From the NCBI GenBank assembly GCA_951406725.2, contig OX597820.1, forward strand, positions 104,532,001 through 104,596,000: a stretch of DNA of 64,000 bases, written 5' to 3'. The first letter of the stretch is position 1. Each line of letters starts with the position of its first letter. The notes below the pieces were generated by a model. That model made no database searches. It had not been told where the DNA came from and worked only from the letters and a program-made list of their open reading frames with translations. Origin of the DNA: Octopus vulgaris (lineage: Eukaryota). Of this stretch, positions 39,933 to 52,805 are shown one piece after another. The translations under genes were made by a program, and so were the position numbers.

Positions 39933-42900
39933 TGTACATGCACACTTACGAAAGAAATAAATACTGGGGTTGATTTTGTTTTGTTTTTTTACTAAGATTC
40001 TTAAAGTTGGTGCCCCAGCATGGCCACAGTCTAACAACTGATGAAGCAAGTAAAAGATAAATGATAAAGTCACAATGTAGTTTACTTGGAAGAAATATTG
40101 ATAGCAAAGAACCAATTGTTACAAGATGGTTTTACTTTTTATATTTTTCATGTGTCTTCTGAATTATTCCAGTTTTCTCTCTTCTGTGTATAACACTGTT
40201 GCTATTATTGATGCTTGCATCTGTTTCAATACTATACTGAGACATAAAAGAATAATTCATGTCAGTGCTTAAGTAACTAGATTCAGTTGCACTATTCTCC
40301 TCTTTTGTTATTATATTCTTCCATTGGAGATAATGATGTAATAGAAATTCATTGACAAAAAGAAAAAAAAATGAAATGGTTGTACCATTGGACTTGATAT
40401 ATAATACTCAGCTTGCTTGTGTCTGCCTGTCCAACAATAGCTTCTATTCCTATATCACAGTCAAGATGAGCCACTTTGGGAGTTGCTCTTTTGTTGGTTG
40501 ATTTACTAGAAATAGGAGCCAGCTCTTCCTCTAATTGTACAGACTAGTGTTGGCAACAGGGCATCCAGAAAATCTGCCTCAGCAAACTGTGTCCAACCCA
40601 TGCGAGCTTGGAAAAGTGGATGTTAAAATGATGATGATGACAGTTTTAAAAAGAGGACTCATCGGATAATGTAGTACTAGACATGCAATATCTAGTGGGA
40701 TAGTCATGGCTGGAATACTTTTATTCATAAGTCTGCTTAGTCAAAGCTGACCTGGAGTTCAACAGTAACTTCACAATTGGGTGTTCAGAAGTAGCAATGA
40801 CATTCATCTATTTTGAAATATTAATTACTCTTGCAATATACAAATATATAAATTTGCCAATCCTATCCCACCCATCTTATAGACATGGTAAATACATGTA
40901 CAACACTAATAATCAATAAAATAAATATTTCCCTTTAATTATCAATAAGAAAATTAATCATTTAGTGATTGTGACCTTTTAGCAACCATCATCTCTTTTG
41001 TTAATTTCTTGTCACAGAAAGCAATTTCATTGGTTGTGATATGCATCTCTCATATATTATGCACTGGACCACATTTCTTTCATAGCTGACCTCTGGTCAC
41101 GTATGGCTGTGTGTTGAAGAAATTCACTTTGCAGTCAGTAGGCTCTGGGTTCAATCTCTTACATTACCCTGGGCTAATGCCTTCAATAACCTAAGATTGA
41201 CCAATGCCTTATGAGTGGATTTTAGTTGATGTAAACTCTATGCGAGCATGTGTGTGTACTTTACATGCATATATATGTGTGTATGCAAGCATGGAAAAGG
41301 GGATGTTAAATAATAATAATGGATTGTGTGTGTGTGTAGAGGGAGAGAGAAGAGTAGAGAAATGCAGTAAAAGTTAACAAGAGGGGCAGGATGGGCATAC
41401 ATACTAGGCTTGGTGATAGGCAATGAGTAAAAAAATACTACATAAAGTGAGAAAATCATAGACAGAGGAGGAGAGGGAGTAAATGACGTAGTATTTATGG
41501 GAGGAGCCATAGATGAGAAATTTGTTCAATTTTATTCTAAAGAAATAAATTTGGTTTCCACTTTTGGCAATCAGTATTCATTCCATCATTTTGTATAAGC
41601 ACCAAGAAATTCAATAAAGGTTAATTTATAATTATTGTATGTATGTTGTATTTCCTGATATTACGCATTGTAGCAAAAATATTCTTCTAAAGTTGCCTGT
41701 CGTGTGACAGATAACACTCTACTCTGTGTGTGTGTGTATACATACATGCATGCATACAAACATACATACATATGAGGTAGCTTTGGTGAAGCATTATGGT
41801 ATAATTTTAAAGAGATTTGTAGTGTAAAGCTGGAACAGCATTGTTTTGGCTTTTCACAACAAATCTCTTTAAGATATATAAATATATATATATATATAAA
41901 ACTAAAGACTAATGCTTTTCAATATACATTACTTATGTTATATTTGTCAAAAAGCCCCTTACCTTTGATAATATTAGAGATATAGTTGGAAACCTACAAC
42001 AGCTCACAATGTAATAAAAAATAAAAAGTAGTGTGAGAATTATTGAGTTTTGTTATGTAATCAAATATTCATTCGATCATCTCATCAGCTTCTACTTATT
42101 CAGTTAGTGAAACTGGCTTAACAGTATTATATTGTTTACAGTCATGTAGCTACTAATTACTAATTACAATTTACATAAGCTTTTACTTCTTCTTACTTCT
42201 CTGTTTTAGATGTGAAGCAGTTACCTTTCGTATTATAATATCTCATTTAGCAATGATGTGCAGCTTAGCTCTCTCTTTTTTTGTCTCCTCTTTCTTTCCT
42301 CTATTTATCCACCCACATTGACCCACCTAGCTGTCCAATAATCCATCCACCCATCATCCTTATGCCCATCCATGTAGCCATCTATCTATCCATCCATCCA
42401 TCTATCCATCACCCACTAATCTTTATATATAAAACTTAAGTTGTGCGTGTGAGAGTCTGTCTCCTCCGATATAGATTCCTAACTACTCCCACATTTTGCG
42501 GTGCAGTTTAACCAAAAGCGGGTATCTTATTGTTGTGATTCATATCGAGCCCTTCTGGGTATTAGCACGCGTCTACGATGATAAAAAAATTTACCATCAT
42601 TTTTTCACATTTTTAATGCATTTTTGCTCGGTTTATATAAGGGAAGTAACTCTAAAAATGCTTATATAGTTATTTCCCTTACAAACCCAAGCAACGCCGG
42701 GCAATACTGTTAGTTCCTGTGTAAAAGAACAATTACTGTGTTGTGTGTGGTAGTTAAAAGGACATCATTAATGTGATGAGAGAGAGAGCATTTGTTGGGA
42801 ACAACCACTTTTCCAAATTATTTTCACTGTATAATGAGAATATTGATAACATTAACTGAAGTTTTGAAACTATGTTTTGAAACTTGCATTATAAGTGATT

Positions 42901-44055
42901 CTTGTAAATAACAACCACTGATTTATGTCTTCAGATTCTGAACTGGAATCCATAAAAATTCTATTCACTGAGAAAGAAAAAGAATTAGCTTTGGCTGTGG
43001 CCAAGGTGGAGCAGTTAACAAAACAGCTTGAGCAGATACGAATTGGGGCATTTACAATAAATGGTAAGATCAATCCAGATCACCCCAACGCCATGGCTGC
43101 CATTGAACTGGACAAACTACGGAAGAAATTGGCGGTAAGTTAAATATTTTACTTTTCTGCAAGTTTTGCTTTATAGAATTAATCCCTGTTTGATGGGTGG
43201 GTCACAACCTAATATTCAAGTACAGAATGCTAGGGAGCCTTAACGAGAGGAAACATATAAAAAGTTATGGAGGTCTACTTACCTATTTCTTTATTACTCA
43301 CAAGTGGCTAAACATAGAGGGGACAAACAATGACAGACACAGGTATTAAGTCGATTACATCGACCCCAGTGCGGAACTGGTACTTAATTTATCGACCCCG
43401 AAAGGATGAAAGGCAAAGTCAACCTTGACGGAATTTGAACTCAGAACATAATGACAGACGAAATACCGCTAAGCATTTCGCCCGGTGCACTAACGTTTCT
43501 GCCAGCTCGCCACCTTACCTGGCAAGTGATTTGATCTGAGTCCATGTGGTGAAACTAAACAAGTGCAGCATGAACAACATGTGCTAGTCATTCAAAAATA
43601 CTCAGAGATTAACTTCACTTAAGCATTTATTGTTTGTAACTTGATGCAATGAAATGTTGTCAATGACCAGTTCTCAGTTTCACACAACAAAAACTGTAGC
43701 ACCATATTACAAACAAATATTTAAGTGAAGTTAACAGTATTTGTGTGTTACTGAACGGCTAACATGTGTCTTCGATGCTGCAATCGTCATGTCACGAGTT
43801 GTCTTCTGTATTTGTTGATGTACTTAGACGTTAAATTGTATGTGTATTTGAGAAGACTACCTAGCATTTTCCAGGAAATAAAGAACGAAGATGGTGTCAG
43901 TTTGTTGAATGAAAATCTTTTGCCTTTCTTTCAACTCTCAGACACCCATTGTATATATATATATATATATATATTAGTAAAAACGGTAAGATAACAAAAG
44001 AAAGAAAGAGACCTCAATATTATGTAAATAGAGGAAATTTTACATATTATTTTAC

Positions 44056-44094
<39 letters not shown>

Positions 44095-46144
44095 GAGGCG
44101 CAGTGGCCCAGTGGTTAGGGACTTGCAGTCGTAGGATTGCAGTTTCGATTCCCAGACGGGTATTGTGAGTGTTTATTGAGTAAAAGCACCTAAAGTTCCT
44201 CGAGGCTCCGGCAGGGGATGGTGGTGATCCCTGCTTGTACTCTTTCGCCACAACTTTCTCTCTTTCTTCTGTTGGCCTGCTCGCTTAACCAGCAGGGTGG
44301 AGTCATTTGAAGGCTAAAACAATGTGAACCGCATTGTGACCAGCGATGTGTAGCAACATCTGATAGCCTGGTCGGTCACGGTAATCACAGTTATATATAT
44401 ATATATATCTTTATACACCACACTAAAGTTGTACACATAAAACCCAAAGGACATTTCTCTCTGCTGCCTCTCAGTTTACTAAAGATTCAGATGAACTCAT
44501 TCTCTAAACACACTATATTATCTTAAGAGAATGACAAATACAATAGGTAATGTAGTTGTAAATATTCCTTGAAAAGAGATGATAATGGCTGGATTGTCTT
44601 TCATCATAGCTCTAAGGTTGACTTGACTCTAGTCAACAACAAAAATACATGAAATATGAAAGAATTCTTTTTTTTTCACTGGACCTCATAATCTGCCTAT
44701 TCATTTCTTTTCATCTCTTCAAAATCAAATCTCTTACTTTCACTTATGTAAATCTACCTTTCAAGATATTTAGACTGACACTTAAAATCGATGTTTTTGT
44801 TTAGATCCAGGTCAGTTCTGATTCTGATTCATCAGAATTATGACCAAAGATGCTCAAATCATCATCATTTTGTCTTTACTAAAGTAGGAAATGTATCCTG
44901 GATACGTGTCTCCTTCCTTCTTTGTGATGGTAAGGTGTAATTCAAAGATGTGGTTTAGAGGTTCACTCTTTAAGTGTTATTGCCAGAAACAGTAGAGCAA
45001 TAGACAGAATGCCTTGGTGGATGCTGTGTGATTATGAAGTTTGCTTCCCAAGAAAATGGTTTTAGGTTCAGTCCCACTGCATGGCACTTTGAGCAAATGT
45101 TTTCTACTGTAGTTCTGGGCTGACTAAAGCTTTGTGAGCAGATTTAGTTGACAAAAACTGAAAGAAGCCCATTATATATGTCTGTGTGTATACACTTACA
45201 TAGATAGACCCCTTTATATTATGTGGTGGTTTTTAACAAATAGCACAGTCATACAAGCAGTGTCCTTCATTTCCTATACTGTGTGGGGACATATCCAGTC
45301 TTGGTAAAATATTACCATACTTGGAAACAGTTGAGGGTGGATCACAAGAACATCCTGCCATAGAAAATCTGCCTCAACAAATTCTGTCTGAACCATGGAA
45401 GCATGGAAAAGTAGACATTAAAACAATGTTGATGACAAAGAGGATGATGATGATGACAGTAACAATGGTGACTTCTGAGTTCAAATCCTGTTACGGTCAG
45501 CTTTGTTTTTCATCTTGAAATTAATAAATACTAATCAAGTACTGGGATCAATTTAAATATGTTTGTACCCCTGTCCTAAACTGCTTTTGCTTGTTTTTAT
45601 GTTAGAAATTATTACTATTGTTATTAGTAACTATAACTAGTTGTAAATGTGGTGAATATCTTGTATGTATGAAGTTGGTTATTTATTTAGACATGTCTTT
45701 TACTTGTTATGTTTATATATTTGTTTTGCAAGATTTTTGATGTGAAATCGTGTGTTGAAACAGATATTGTTGTATTTAGGAATGGTCATTTTGCCAGTTT
45801 AGCCAATAAAAACACACGCACTATATATTTGGTGTTACTTTGCTTCAGTGTCATTTAGTAAGGAGAGACACACAAATAAGAAAGAAGAAAGCAAAGGACC
45901 ACTGATGCGGTCACAGGAGTGTGATGAAAGAACTCTGGCCAAAATAAGATTAATTTTAATGTAAAAAAAATAAGGCGCAGGAGTGGCTGTGTGGTAAGTA
46001 GCTTGCTAACCAACCACATGGTTGCGGGTTCAGTCCCACTGCGTGGCATCTTGGGCAACTCTCTTCTGCTATAGCCCCGGGCCAACCAATGCCTTGTGAG
46101 TGGATTTGGTAGACGGAAACTGAAAGAAGCCTGTCGTATATATG

Positions 46145-46185
<41 letters not shown>

Positions 46186-49100
46186 TTGTGTGTCTGTGTT
46201 TGTCCCCCTAGCATTGCTTGACAACCGATGCTGGTGTGTTTACATCCCCGTCACTTAGCAGTTCGGCAAAAGAGACCGATAAAATAAGTACTGGGCTTAC
46301 AAAGAATAAGTCCCGGGGTCGATTTGCTCGACTAAAGGCGGTGCTCCAGCATGGCCGCAGTCAAATGACTGAAACAAGTAAAAGAGTAAAAGAGTAACGC
46401 TGAAGCAAAGTAACACCAAATATATAGTGCGTGTGTTTTTATTGGCTAAACCGGCAAAATGACCATTCCTAAATACGTCTTTTACTTGTTTTCACTAAAC
46501 TGATATTTGTTCTAATGTTCTGTTTACTATATAGCTGCACAATAAACTGAATGAACAACAAAGCATCAAGATGAACAACCAGCAAGATTTGTTAATGAAA
46601 AAGAGGCGTGATGTGAGTCAGATGGATAAACGGATAGCAGAACTTCAGTTGAGATTGAAGAAACGTTTAGCACAACAATTGCAGCAGCAGCATCAGAAAT
46701 CTAACAATGCTGGGCAGCAAAACAAGGTTCGACCGGCCAGTAACGTGGCTGCAGTTGAACCGTACCATCACGCTCCTCGCCATCAAAATATATCAGTTGA
46801 TGAAACGCATTCTGATCTGGCATTCAGCAAGGAGAAACCGAAATATCAATCATTGCCTAATAATATATATAACAACCAAGAGAATATAGCCATCAATGAA
46901 ACACCTCTTCCTGGTTTCAAAAAAACAAAACCTGATGATGTTATTGAAGACTATCAAATCCCTTTGGTTGTGTCAGTTGATAAATTTCCAACCAATGATG
47001 GAAATAACAGCAACTCTTCCCAGTATCCTACTAAAACAAAACAGATAAGTCCTTCAGTGAATAATGATACTCCTCCTAAATTCCCATCAAATCGGCTATC
47101 CGCAAATATTTCTAACTTTCTTCCAAAACCATTTGGAAGTACATACAGTACATCAATGTTGTCTGGCCGAGGAAGCAACTCGTCACAAAGCAATGTCATC
47201 CCAGATGAAGTGCGGCAAGATGGCAGTGGTCAAAGTTCACCTGCTACTAGTGAAACCTCTCAGAACGGTATTATGGTTCAGAATTTAAGTAACTTTGTGC
47301 CTTCTACTAAAAGCAATAGCCCGCAGTTTACCCAAGCAGATACTACTATTCCATCCAAGCAATTCCACTATAGTTCTCCAGAATCAAACAATTGTGACAC
47401 AACTGATAGTGTACAGAAAAAACTAAATAATAATTTACCAGTTACATCAGTTAATGGCTCTACGTATAATGGTTCTGTAGATTATAAAAAATCTTTCAAT
47501 TTACCTCAAAGTGAAACTTATGATGATATGAAAGAAAGCAAGCCAAATGCACAAATATCACCTACAATAACTAATGATAAGCCAACTTTGATGACATCCA
47601 CCTCTAAAAATATTACATCTGATTCTGGCTCTACTCATTCTGTGAATACAGCACCAAGTAAACCTCAGTATGCTTCCAATAGTGTTATTGAGAATACCTA
47701 CATGACACGACCCACTTTGCCTGAGAATCATTATGTGGCTTCTCTTCACCATGCAGAAAGTACACATCTGAATGGTAATCAGGGAGGTCAGGTTTCACAA
47801 ACTGACCATACATCATCTGGTTTCCAAAACAAAGTAAAATCTATTCCTCCTTTGATTTCTTCAACACCAACACATCGAGATCTGGCATCTGATAAGGGGA
47901 GTTTCAAAGCAAATACTCCAAAGAATATGCGAAGAAAACATTCTGAGTTTGAGCATGAGGAGTATGTGAAGACTTTGAAAAAAACAGCTGATTCCAGTCG
48001 GTCGGTGTCCACTAGTTCCATTTCGGCAGTTTCGCAATACAAACCTGATACTAGTGATTACACCTCGTCTAATGATAACCGACATTGGCAGATAAATGGT
48101 GAAAACATTCCGGAAAGTGTAAATCAAACTTCCTCCTCCAATTCTTCTGGAGTTAGCAATGGAAACCAACAAAATAGTAGCAACAATAATACCAAAAGCA
48201 ACAAGTTGAAAGGACCAACAACTAAAAACCTGCCCAAGAAGTCTCTTTTAAAGACCAATAGTTCCAAAAGTCACTCAAGAAGAGTATGTTTCGATCCTCT
48301 TGCTCTTTTGTTAGATGCATCACTAGAAGGAGAACTTGGACTTGTTATGGAAACGGCACATCGTGTAAGTTATAAGTACCTGCATTGTATCCTCACTTTC
48401 ATTTCTTAGTATTTCATTTTGATTATTTAACTGTATTCTAAAAATTTATATTCTTATGAAAGACCAGGTTAAATACTTCAGTCTTTGCTTGTCCTGTATA
48501 TTACATTGATACACAGCACATATTTCCCTGGTATCCATTCCTAATTTTTTTTTCAACCTTTACAGTAATTTGGGATTTATGAAAGTAAAGCTGTTTATTA
48601 CTCAGAATGTACGAAACAAGGGCTAACTAAAAGTCTGAATACAAGCATGGATCATCATCATGTAGCATCTGTTTTCCATGCTGGCATGGGTTGGACAGTT
48701 TGACAGGAACTGGCCTGCAAGAGAGCTTCCCAGACTCCAATAGTCTATTTTGGCATCGTTTCTAAGGCTTCATGTCCTTATGGGATGTACTGGGTGTTTT
48801 CTACATGGCACACGGGTGCTTTTATGTGGTACCAGCATGGATGCTTTTTACATGACACTGGCACCTGATGTTTAGAGCAAATTTATGAAAATGCTTTTGA
48901 CAGGTATAGGGCTAAGAAATACTTTAAGCTGACCTAATAGAAGTATCAATAATGTTTTCTTTTATAATAAGTATTAATAATAATTTTACTTATAGTGCTG
49001 CATTATACTATTATGTTGTTGTTGCATATTTCCCATTGAGTCCTTATATGATTACTACTTAAAGTTTGAAAGTAAAATTATTCAATCTATAAGGGATAAA

Positions 49101-49390
49101 AATATTAATTTCAAAGTTTGACACATGGCCAGCAATTTGAGGAAGTGGATAAGTTAATTACATCAACTCCAGTGTTCAGCTGGTACTTATTTTATTGACC
49201 CCAAAAGGATGAAAGGCAAATGAAATGATGCTAAGCATTTGCCCATGTTTACGATCCTGCCAGCTCACTGCCCCAGAATTTTGAAATATTTCTTTCATGA
49301 TCCAGATATTCTGAGATATTTCGGAACAATGTCTTGAAGACTCTGATTATGCCTCTCTTTCTCTCTGCTTTTCATCTCTCACTCACTCAC

Positions 49391-49426
<36 letters not shown>

Positions 49427-49472
49427 ACTCTCTCTCTCTCACTCACACTCTCTCTCTCCCCCTCTCTCCTTC

Positions 49473-49506
<34 letters not shown>

Positions 49507-50928
49507 TTCATACACACCAACACAAGGCTACCATTTTCAAAGAAGACTGTGATACTTATTTTATTGATTCCCATATGAATGACTTGCAAACGTTGGTTTA
49601 GAACTCAGAACAAAAGCAACATGGTGTTTAGCTTTAATACTGTAGTTATGCATTATTTATTTCTGTACCCATTCTTACAGTCACTGCACTAATTAATAAT
49701 AATAATAATTACTATTTCTAATTTAGGCATAAAGCCAACAATTTTGAGGGAAGAGGGTTGGTCAGTATCATTGACCCTAGTTCTTGACTGGTTCTTATTT
49801 TATTATCCCTGGGTGGATGAAATACAGAATTGACTTTGGCAAGATTTGAACTCAGAATATAAAGATCTAGAATGAAAGCTGGAAGATATTTTTTCTCTGT
49901 GCTCTAACAATACTGTCAGCTTGCCACTTTATAACTGTTTCTAAATCAGGCCAGCATATTTTTTTCTTATAAAGAAGTTAAAAAAAAGGTGTTAGTTGAT
50001 ACCATCAACCCAGTAATCAACTGATACTTGATTTTATTGATCCCAAAAGGATGGAAGGCAAAGTTGGCCTTCATGGGATTTGAACTTAGAATAAAAGAAT
50101 CAGGAGAAATCTCACAAAGCATTTGTTCTGATGCTCTAACAGTTCTGCTAGTTCACTCAATATTAATAATCATTTCAAATATCAGCACAAGACTAGCAAT
50201 TTTGGATGAGTGGGTAAGTTGATTGCATCAACACCAGATTACAATTAGTACTTATTTTATTGACCGTGAAAGGATGAAGGCAAAGTCAACCTCGGCTATA
50301 TTTGAACTGAGAACATAAAGACAGACAAAATGCCACAAAGCATTTTGCCTGGTGTGCTAAAAATTCTGTCAGTTCACCATGTTTATAATAATAATAATAA
50401 TAGACTATCTTGTTGAAGACGATATATGAGTGTTCAGTTTTTTGCCAAATAACTTGCTCAAAGGATTTGTTCATGGTGATCAAATGTATGTGCCATGCAT
50501 TAGCTCTGTCAAATTGATGTTGTCTGAGCGAGTGCAGTGTACCATGCATCAGATGTTGAAGTGATCGCAGAGCAACTTAAGATGAAGTGTTTTGCTCAAG
50601 AATACAGTGCATTTGTGAGTGCAGCACCCTAACTGCGTTTGTGAGTGCAACATCCTAACCACTAGGCTATATGCCCTCGGTAAATAATAATAATAATAGT
50701 AATAATCCCTTCTACTAAAGACACAAGGCCTGAAATTTCTTGAAAGGGGACTAGTCGATTACATCGACCCCAGTGCTTCACTGGTACTTAATTTATCAAC
50801 CTCAAAAGGATGAAAGGCAAAGTTGACCTCATCAGAATTTGAACTCAGGACACAGTGATGGGCGAAATACTGCATTTTATCAAGCTGCTAACAATTCTGC
50901 CAGCTCGCCACCTTCGATGATGATGATG

Positions 50929-50966
<38 letters not shown>

Positions 50967-52115
50967 GAGGATGATGATAACAACAATTGTGTTTTTCTTT
51001 TTAGCTTCACTAAATCTAGCAATGTCTCAGCTGAGGGAAACCTAGAAAATTTAGTTGGTAATCTAATCCATATGTATATGTCATGTCTGCTTATGTATCT
51101 GAAGAAGCTGCTTTCAGTATATGCATCTATAACATAGAGCTATGGTTTCTCTTCCTCTCCTCTTCATTCCACAAAGTCATGAATGTTGCTGTTGCTTCCG
51201 CCTTAATGAATATTTCCCCTTCTTAATAAGGGTTGATGGTAGTGGTTAACTTAGAGAGGGCCAGGGAGCATGTATTCTATGGCAGCTACAACAACCATCC
51301 AACTTGTCTTAAATATGATCCAATCAACCAACTCCCATCCCATCTTTACAAAATCCTTTTCTACTTATATCTCCATATTTTTTTGTTTTTTGTAATTTTT
51401 AGCTTGGTATTTTTGGTTGGTGTTGTGGTGGGTAATTATCCTATCATATTTCCCACTGACTTATACAACTGTTGTAGTGTGGTTCCTAGAGGATGAGGAA
51501 AAGATCCCTCAGCTGTTTGTTCTTCAAATGAAGAAATCATATACTAAAGAATACATTTTATCTTACATTTACTCTAAATTCCTATTAGAGGTTAGAATTC
51601 TATTATTAGATCATACAGCAATATTACAAAAATGAGAATACTTTATCAAATTTCATGTGTATGCAATTGAAGTGGTATAAAATAAAAATAGCCATTTATG
51701 TATCAATGTATATACAGCATTGGACAGGCACGTTACTGCAATTTATTGTCCAAGATAAAACTTCATATTGTGTTTAAAAATACAATATATATATAAAATA
51801 TTGGAAGAAGATAAAAATTCCCCTTCAGTATATCATTTCTTAAGAGTGTCTTTTATTTTTTATCTTTTAATTCTTTACGCATTAGACTGCATTCATGCTG
51901 AGGTACCAACTTGAAGAATTTTTGTTGGAATGAATTAATCCTAGTTCAAATATTTCCAAAGGCCGGTACTTACTCTCTTGGTTGCTTCTGCTCCACCTCT
52001 AAGTTAATGGGTCATAAACAAACCAACATATATATATAATCTGTATAATATATATATATATATATAATGAATGAATGAATCTAATATATATAATATATAT
52101 ATATAAATGAATGAA

Positions 52116-52155
<40 letters not shown>

Positions 52156-52750
52156 ACAGAAAAGAGGAATTTCGGTTGTCCCCACGTGGTGGATTGTAAT
52201 GTATATAAGAAATTAAAAAAGGAAAATACGCACACTTACATGGTTTTAATATAATTTTTAATATATCGACCGGTTTCGCAATCGCTATTCATGATATAAT
52301 GTTTAATTTATATGAATATATATTTTTTCTTAAGAAGAAATTTGCTCCATGTTGTTTGTAATGAAATTCACGAGTGAATGACTTCACAAGTAGACAAATA
52401 AAGGGAGGTAATTGGTTTTTTTTTTTGTTATTGTTGTGTGTAGGGGAGATAACTGTTCAGCTTTCGCTAATGGGTGAGGATTAAATATGTGTACAGAAAA
52501 GAGACAGGTTTAAAAAGGGATTTATGAACAGTGATGTAATATGTAAAAATAGAAAAGTTGGTTATGCGTGCATATTAAGAAATGTTTTATATTTTTCAAT
52601 GAAAAACGTTTCTCTATTTAAGCATTCTAGTTGAGAGATTGTGTCTTTGCACTGGTAGAAAGGGAAGACTGTAAAATTTGGTTTGATGTTACCTGCACAT
52701 TTTTTTATGTGTTCACTAACGTATATGTATATATATATATAATACATAAC

Positions 52751-52805
<55 letters not shown>

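Noticed and set aside
46954-48172. Antisense ORFs overlapping the large exon
   Set aside because: Short shadow ORFs of the coding strand with no recognisable domains.
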